NCBI GenBank assembly: GCA_964658025.1
Contig: CAZZXB010000028.1
Coordinates: 1 to 11,856, forward strand
Direction of reading: 5' to 3'
DNA from: an uncultured Janthinobacterium sp.
Lineage (GTDB): Bacteria > Vulcanimicrobiota > Vulcanimicrobiia > Vulcanimicrobiales > Vulcanimicrobiaceae
DNA length: 11,856 bases
Part shown: piece by piece, positions 5,965 to 11,856 of the stretch
Layout: every line of letters begins with the position of its first letter
Position numbering within the stretch: the stretch's first letter is position 1
Program-made: the position numbers and the translations under genes
Notes under the pieces: model-generated
What the model saw: only the letters and a program-made list of their open reading frames with translations
What the model was told of the DNA's origin: nothing
Database searches by the model: none

Positions 5965-6930
5965 CTATGGCGAAAGGATCGGTAGGCCTTCGGCTCGGGC
6001 GTTGAGCGGGCGAAGATTACCTTCCATCAGCCCGACGAGCGCGACCCCGTTCGCTTCGAGAATATTTGCGATCCACGCATCGTTTCTGGCCGGGGCCGTG
6101 CCGAAAGCGAGTACCGGAACGGCGTCGGCGATCTGTGCTTTATAGCGAACGCGGTAGTCGAAGAGCTGCCCCATACCGTAACGCATCCGATCTACGGCGC
6201 GGGCCGGATCCGTAAGCGATTTCGCTTCGACGAGGATACGTTGCTCGCCGACTCGCGCATACAGATCGACGTTATTATTGTAAAACCACGAGCCGCCGCG
6301 ACGGCCCACTTCTGCCGCGATGACTTTGAGGACGTGCTGGTGATCCGCGCGGGCTCGCTCCTGGAGTGCCGCGCTCTCCGCAAGGTTCGGTAGCGCGGCC
6401 CCTTGCCAGACGTAGCCCGTACCGTCGGGGATCGTCGGCGCGGTGCGAAACGTATCGATCGGCGCGGCGAGCAGCGGACTCGCGATGCCGTCTAAGAGAT
6501 CCTCGACGACGGGGAGGGCTCGAAGTTCGCCGAGCGTGACGCCGCCCGCGATCAGCAGCCGGTGATAATCGTACGTCGATAACTCGCGGACCGATGCCTG
6601 GAACTGCGGCGCGGTTTCGGAACCGGTTTCGACCCAGGTCGAGCCGCGGACCGGAACCGGCCGAGCAAACCTCTGGAAGCCCTTGATATCGACGAATCGC
6701 AACGCCGCATCGTTTGGATCCGGATACGGAACGCCCAAGAGACCAAAACCGAAATACGTGCCCGCATCGCGCGCGCTCGATCCCTTGATCGGGCGATAAT
6801 AGACGAAATGGTCGTCGGGCAAAACTCGTTTGAAATAGACTCGAGGATAATGATAGATGACGCCTTCGACGTCCCGATACTTCGGCGACGGGTCATCCGC
6901 AATAGAACGTTGCGTCAGCACGATCGGCAT
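5965..6930 (-). CDS. Putative modification-dependent restriction endonuclease: PUA/EVE-like N-terminal domain plus PD-(D/E)XK nuclease
   Basis: Residues ~1-130 (YRDVEGVIYHYPRVY, DHFVYYRP, YFGFG, PDP, F..PVP, SVRELS..DYHRL) follow the pattern of the PUA/EVE-like domains found on type IV-like restriction enzymes. The C-terminus has VD222LY, VE235AK237S and R..MGQ255LFDY259. More A/T-ending codons than the neighbouring genes. Confidence 0.7.
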   Translation of the reverse strand: MPIVLTQRSIADDPSPKYRDVEGVIYHYPRVYFKRVLPDDHFVYYRPIKGSSARDAGTYFGFGLLGVPYPDPNDAALRFVDIKGFQRFARPVPVRGSTWVETGSETAPQFQASVRELSTYDYHRLLIAGGVTLGELRALPVVEDLLDGIASPLLAAPIDTFRTAPTIPDGTGYVWQGAALPNLAESAALQERARADHQHVLKVIAAEVGRRGGSWFYNNNVDLYARVGEQRILVEAKSLTDPARAVDRMRYGMGQLFDYRVRYKAQIADAVPVLAFGTAPARNDAWIANILEANGVALVGLMEGNLRPLNARAEGLPILSP

Positions 6931-7032
6931 GCTTCACCGGACTTGCTCGAAACCGCGTCCGCAATCCCCTTCGGAGGACGGGCCCGTGAAGGCGATCGGG
7001 AGCGCAGCGATGCTCGAGAAACGGCTCCCCGG

Positions 7033-7560
7033 TCACGGTCGTAGCCGTTCGAAAAAGATCGTCGGTCGGTCGTTCCACGTCGGCCGACGGAAGGCGCGGT
7101 AGCCGCGGCGCTCCGCGAGCCGGATCGAGACCGCGTTGGCCGCATCGATCAGACAGACCGTTCGCGCGGAGGCGAGGTGGGCGTCGCCCCACGCGACGGC
7201 GGCCCGCACGGCTTCCGTACCGTAGCCACGACCGTGATGGTCGGACGCGAGCGCCCATCCGAGCTCGGGGACGTCGCGCATCTCCGCGTCGATCTCGCGG
7301 TGAAAATCGGCGAACCCGACGTCGCCGACGAAGCGCCGCGTCGCCTTCTCCTCGACGGCCCAATAACCGAATCCCGAAAGCGCCCAGCCGCCGAGATAGC
7401 CCGCGATCCGCGACCACGTTCGCGTTTCCGTCGAGGCGACGCCGCCGACGAAGCGCGTCACGCGCGGGTCCGACCACATCGCGAGGGCGTCCTCGAGATC
7501 GGCCGCGCGATGGGCGCGTAGTCGTAAGCGCTCGGTTTCGAACGTAGGGATCTCGCTCAC
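7033..7560 (-). CDS. GNAT family N-acetyltransferase, RimJ/RimL type, 175 aa
   Basis: Motifs PTFETERLRLR, GFGYWAVEEK, PELGWAL...HGRGYGTEAV and NAVSIRLAERRGY. Start placed at GTG 7560; the track's extra N-terminal residues look non-coding. Confidence 0.93.
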   Translation of the reverse strand: MSEIPTFETERLRLRAHRAADLEDALAMWSDPRVTRFVGGVASTETRTWSRIAGYLGGWALSGFGYWAVEEKATRRFVGDVGFADFHREIDAEMRDVPELGWALASDHHGRGYGTEAVRAAVAWGDAHLASARTVCLIDAANAVSIRLAERRGYRAFRRPTWNDRPTIFFERLRP

Positions 7561-7712
7561 GCGCGCGGCCCGCGAAAGTCGAAGAGCGCCGCTCCGCCGC
7601 GGTTCGCGCCGGGTGCGACCGACGACGCGCCGCACCCGAGAGGGAACGCGACCGATCGATTCGTACGAACCATCTCTCGCACGGCAGTTCTCGGAACGGA
7701 TCGGTTCGCACC

Positions 7713-9416
7713 TTGACTACTTCGTCGTTTCCATCCGATCTCGAAATCGCGCAGCGCGCGACGCTCGCCCCGCTCGCCGAGGTCGCGGCGAAGATCGGGA
7801 TCGAGGAACGCTTCTTGCGACCGTACGGCTCCGACGTCGCGAAGATCGAACTCGGCGCGATCGAAGCGCTCGCGTCGCGGCCGCGCGCGAAGTACGTCGT
7901 CGTCTCGGCGATCACGCCGACGCCGCTCGGCGAGGGCAAGACGACGACGACGGTCGGACTCGGTCAGGCGATGTACCATATCGGTAAGACCGCGACGATC
8001 GCGCTCCGCCAGCCCTCGATGGGACCGACGTTCGGCATCAAAGGCGGCGCGGCGGGCGGCGGGTATTCGCAAGTCGTTCCGATGGAAACGCTGAACCTCC
8101 ATCTGACGGGCGATTTTCACGCGGTCACGGCCGCGCACAACCTGCTCGCCGCGATGGTCGATAACGAACTCTTCCGCGAGGGGAGCGCGCTCGATCCGCA
8201 CGACGTGACCTGGCGGCGCGTGCTCGACGTCAACGACCGGTCGCTCCGCAACATCATCATCGGCCTCGGCGGGAAGGCCGACGGCGTGACGCGGCAGAGC
8301 GGCTTCGACATCACGGCGGCCTCGGAAGTGATGGCGATCCTCGCGCTCTCGAAGTCGGTCGCGGACCTGCGCGAACGACTCGCACGGATCGTCGTCGGTT
8401 TCGATCGCGACAAGAAGCCCGTGACCGCGGGCGATCTCCACGCCGCGGGATCGATGGGCGCGATCTTGCGCGACGCGATCATGCCGAACCTCATGCAGAC
8501 GCTCGAGAATACGCCCGTGCTCGTCCACGCGGGACCGTTCGGGAACATCGCACACGGTAACTCGTCGGTCATCGCCGATCTCATCGGCATCCGCGGCGGC
8601 GACTTCCTGATCACGGAAGCCGGCTTCGGCGCGGATATGGGTGCGGAGCGCTTCTTCGACATCAAATGCCGGGCGTCGGGACTGCGGCCCGACGCGGGCG
8701 TCGTCGTCGCGACGGTCCGCGCGCTCAAGGTGCATTCGGGCAAATTCAAAGTCGTCGCGGGGAAGGCGTTGCCCGCGGAATTACTCGCGGAGAATCCGGA
8801 CGACGTCCACGCGGGCGGCGCGAACCTGCGCAAGCAGATCGAGAACATCCGCGTCTTCGGCATCCCGGCGGTCGTCGCGATCAACGCGTTTCCGGGCGAT
8901 CATCCGAGCGAGCACGCGGCGATCCGCGAGATCGCGGAATCCGTCGGCGCGCGCGTGGCCGTGTCGACGCACTTCGTCGATGGCGGGCGCGGGGCGACGG
9001 ACCTCGCACGCGAGGTCGCCGCGGCGTGCGACGAAGCGTCGAATTTCCAACTGCTCTATCCCGACTCGGCGACGATCCGCGAGAAGATCGAAACGGTCGC
9101 GAAGAAGATCTACGGTGCCGACGGCGTCGACTACGCTCCCGCGGCGAAGCGACAACTCGCGCTCTTCGAGAAGAGCGGCTACGACGATCTCGCCGTCTGC
9201 ATCGCGAAAACGCACCTGTCGATTTCGTCCGATCCGACGCTGCGCGGCGCGCCGACCGGATGGCGTCTCCCGGTCCGCGAGATCCGCGCGTCGGTCGGCG
9301 CGGGCTTCGTGTATCCGATCTGCGGCGACATGACGACGATGCCCGGCCTCGGCACGACCCCCGCCGCCCAACGCATCGCCATCGACGACGACGGGCGGAT
9401 CAGCGGACTGTCGTAA
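7713..9416 (+). CDS. fhs: Formate--tetrahydrofolate ligase
   Basis: Motifs AITPTPLGEGKTTTT, GIKGGAAGGGYSQV, NLHLTGDFHA, HAGPFGNIAHG, TEAGFGADMGAERF, CIAKT and TMPGL. TTG start. Confidence 0.98.
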   Translation: MTTSSFPSDLEIAQRATLAPLAEVAAKIGIEERFLRPYGSDVAKIELGAIEALASRPRAKYVVVSAITPTPLGEGKTTTTVGLGQAMYHIGKTATIALRQPSMGPTFGIKGGAAGGGYSQVVPMETLNLHLTGDFHAVTAAHNLLAAMVDNELFREGSALDPHDVTWRRVLDVNDRSLRNIIIGLGGKADGVTRQSGFDITAASEVMAILALSKSVADLRERLARIVVGFDRDKKPVTAGDLHAAGSMGAILRDAIMPNLMQTLENTPVLVHAGPFGNIAHGNSSVIADLIGIRGGDFLITEAGFGADMGAERFFDIKCRASGLRPDAGVVVATVRALKVHSGKFKVVAGKALPAELLAENPDDVHAGGANLRKQIENIRVFGIPAVVAINAFPGDHPSEHAAIREIAESVGARVAVSTHFVDGGRGATDLAREVAAACDEASNFQLLYPDSATIREKIETVAKKIYGADGVDYAPAAKRQLALFEKSGYDDLAVCIAKTHLSISSDPTLRGAPTGWRLPVREIRASVGAGFVYPICGDMTTMPGLGTTPAAQRIAIDDDGRISGLS

Positions 9417-9467
9417 CGAGGCCACCCTCCGACGTAAGCCTTCTAGGGTCGATTCCGACTCACGTCG

Positions 9468-11789
9468 TTACGAAGCTATCGCAGCGTACCGTTTGTGGCC
9501 CTTCACGTCGAAGCGATCGAGCATCATCACCTTGTCCCATGCCTTGACGAAGTCTTTCACGAACCGCTCGTGACCGTCGCTTCCGGCGTAGACGTCTACG
9601 ATGGAACGCAGTTGCGAGTTCGAGCCGAACACGAGGTCGTTGCGCGTGGCGGTGAACTTCGTCTCGCCGGTCTCGCGCGTGCGGAGTGCGAACGTCGTGC
9701 CCGCATCGTCGGCCTTTTCCCAAACCAACTCGGTATCCGTCAGATTGACGAAGAAGTCGTTCGTGAGAACGCCGACCTTATCGGTGAAGATACCGCGCGT
9801 CGATCCGTCGTGGTTCGCGTTGAGCGCGCGCAACCCACCGGTAAGAACGGTCCATTCCGGCGCCGAGAGCGTGAGCAAGTTGGCCTTGTCCAGAAAGAAT
9901 TCCTCAGGGGCCACGCCGAGCGACACCCGTTGAAACGTGTCGTCCGCGTAATTGCGGAACCCGTCGACGATCGGCTTGAGCCATTCGGTCATCTCGATAT
10001 CGGTGAGTTCTTGCGTCGTATCGACGCGGCCGGGCGTAAACGGAACGCTAACCGCGACCCCCGCATCCGCCGCCGCTTTTTCGACCGCGGCGCAACCGGC
10101 GAGCACGATGAGATCGGCGAGCGAGATCTTCTTGCCGGCAACCTGCCTGCCGTTGAACTCCGACGCGACGCCGCGTAGCGCTTCGATGACCGGTGCGGCG
10201 CGACGATTGACGGCCCAATCCTTCTGCGGGGCGAGCGCGAGGCGACCTCCATTCGCGCCCCCACGTTTATCGCTGTCGCGATACGTCGTCGCCGCGGAGA
10301 AGGCCGTGAAGGCCAGATCGGAGACCGACAGGCCGGTCGCCATCACGGCTCGTTTGAGTTCCGCGATATCGGCGTCGCCGACCAACTCGTAGTCGCGCTC
10401 GGGAAGCGGATCTTGCCAGAGCAGACCGTCCTCGATCGTCGCTTCGGGACCTAAGTAACGGTATTTCGGCCCCATGTCGCGATGGGTGAGTTTGTACCAC
10501 GCCTTCGAAAACGCTTGGGTCAGCGCGTCGAAGTCCGCCAAGAATTTCTCGCAGACCTTGCGATACTCCGGATCGACCTTGAGCGCGATGTCGGTCGTCA
10601 TCATCATGAGATCGTGCGTCTCACCGGCGACGTGCGCGTCGGGCGTTTTCGGCGCGGTCGGATCGGTCGGCGTCCACTGCAACGCACCCGCCGGGCTCTT
10701 CGTCTGCCGCCATTCGAATTTGAACAGGTTTTCGAGGTAGCTGTTATCCCACTGCGTCGGGTTCGGCGTCCAACTGCCCTCGATGCCGTTGGTCATCGTG
10801 TCTTTGCCGAAGCCGGCTCCCTGCGGGTTGTGCCAACCGAGGCCCATGGCTTCCATCGGGGCGATCTCCGGCGGCGGCCCGATCTCTTTCGCGGGTACCA
10901 TGCCGTGGCTCTTGCCGAACGCGTGGCCGCCGGCGATCAGCGCGACGGTCTCCTCATCGTTCATCGCCATGCGCGTGAACGTCACGCGGATGTCGCGTGC
11001 CGACCCCATGGGATCGCCGTTCGCGTACGGACCCTCCGGATTGACGTAGATGAGCGCCTGATGCGAAGCGGCGAGCGGATTCTCGAGATCGTATTCCGCG
11101 TCGCCGTTCCGACCGCGCCACCGCTCATCGCGCATGACCATCCCGTCGAAGCTCTCGACGGCTTTCGGATTCCAGATCTCCGGGCCCCAATACGTGGCGT
11201 TGTCCGCCTCCCACGCGTCGAGCCGTCCGCCGCCGAAACCGTACGTCGGTAAACCCATGATCTCGAGGGCGCAATTCCCCGTCAGAATCATGAGGTCGGC
11301 CCACGAGAGTCCGTTGCCGTACTTGTGCTTGATCGGCTGCAAGAGGCGCCGCGATTTATCGGTATTTCCGTTGTCCCACCAACTGCCGATCGGCGCGAAT
11401 CGCTGCATCGCCGTTCCGGCCCCGCCACGCCCGTCGGCGATTCGATACGTGCCCGCCGCGTGCCACGCCATGCGGATCATCTGCGGGCCGTAATTTTCGT
11501 AATCCGACGGCCACCACGCGACCGACGTCGTCAGAAACGCTTTGATATCTCGCTTCACCGCTTCGTAGTCGAGCTTCGCGAACGCGGCGGCGTAATCGAA
11601 ATCCGCGCCGAGCGGATCGGCGGCCAGACCGTTCTGATGTAAGAGTTCGACGCGGAGGCGATCGGGATACCAGTTCTCGAGCGTCGGCGGCGTGCCGAAC
11701 GCCCCGCCGACGCGATCGCCGCCGAACGGACACGCGCCCGCCATCTCGAACGTTTGCGTCGAAGTCTTGTCGTTTGCGAACACGCTCAT
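9468..11789 (-). CDS. katG: Catalase-peroxidase
   Basis: Distal [54 protein letters not shown] and a duplicated C-terminal domain ending [19 protein letters not shown] at 11801-11797. Confidence 0.98.
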   Translation of the reverse strand: MSVFANDKTSTQTFEMAGACPFGGDRVGGAFGTPPTLENWYPDRLRVELLHQNGLAADPLGADFDYAAAFAKLDYEAVKRDIKAFLTTSVAWWPSDYENYGPQMIRMAWHAAGTYRIADGRGGAGTAMQRFAPIGSWWDNGNTDKSRRLLQPIKHKYGNGLSWADLMILTGNCALEIMGLPTYGFGGGRLDAWEADNATYWGPEIWNPKAVESFDGMVMRDERWRGRNGDAEYDLENPLAASHQALIYVNPEGPYANGDPMGSARDIRVTFTRMAMNDEETVALIAGGHAFGKSHGMVPAKEIGPPPEIAPMEAMGLGWHNPQGAGFGKDTMTNGIEGSWTPNPTQWDNSYLENLFKFEWRQTKSPAGALQWTPTDPTAPKTPDAHVAGETHDLMMMTTDIALKVDPEYRKVCEKFLADFDALTQAFSKAWYKLTHRDMGPKYRYLGPEATIEDGLLWQDPLPERDYELVGDADIAELKRAVMATGLSVSDLAFTAFSAATTYRDSDKRGGANGGRLALAPQKDWAVNRRAAPVIEALRGVASEFNGRQVAGKKISLADLIVLAGCAAVEKAAADAGVAVSVPFTPGRVDTTQELTDIEMTEWLKPIVDGFRNYADDTFQRVSLGVAPEEFFLDKANLLTLSAPEWTVLTGGLRALNANHDGSTRGIFTDKVGVLTNDFFVNLTDTELVWEKADDAGTTFALRTRETGETKFTATRNDLVFGSNSQLRSIVDVYAGSDGHERFVKDFVKAWDKVMMLDRFDVKGHKRYAAIAS

Positions 11790-11856
11790 GGATACGTCCT
11801 TGGCGGATGGGATCTCCGCATCTCTCTCGATCGGCCCTTCGCAAGCGACGCGCGTA

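Noticed and set aside
9411..9473. Inverted repeat TCGTAACGA/TCGTTACGA at the fhs-katG convergence
   Set aside because: Largely explained by both genes ending Ser(TCG)-TAA. The loop is long and there is no U-tract, so it is not called a terminator or mobile-element end.
85..11844. Numerous other long overlapping ORFs (e.g. 252..1301, 650..1867, 2291..3571, 3865..4950, 7557..8735, 10482..11252)
   Set aside because: Antisense or frame-shifted shadows of well-supported genes, expected because stop codons are scarce at high GC content.

Overview
GC-rich bacterial chromosomal window with many CG dinucleotides. The composition is reminiscent of Eremiobacterota/Vulcanimicrobiota, but that is an impression only. 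Minus strand: a tightly coupled greA-lysS-msrC(GAF)-truA string, then a Crp/Fnr-family regulator, then rplM-rpsI with a near-consensus sigma70 promoter and an intrinsic terminator. Further right: an unannotated 41-codon hydrophobic ORF (+), a stand-alone PUA/EVE-like + PD-(D/E)XK nuclease (-), a RimJ/RimL GNAT (-), fhs (+) and katG (-). The most notable item is a 120-aa photoactive yellow protein (PYP) homologue at 1741-2103, hidden at the end of a spurious 394-aa ORF. It retains the Tyr42/Glu46/Cys69 equivalents and lies head-to-head, 39 bp apart, with a Crp/Fnr regulator that lacks the cAMP-binding residues. The pair sits between truA and rplM and is a candidate light-sensing transcription module. 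The second most notable item is the orphan candidate modification-dependent restriction nuclease. All homology calls come from motif recognition by eye; no database searches were run.
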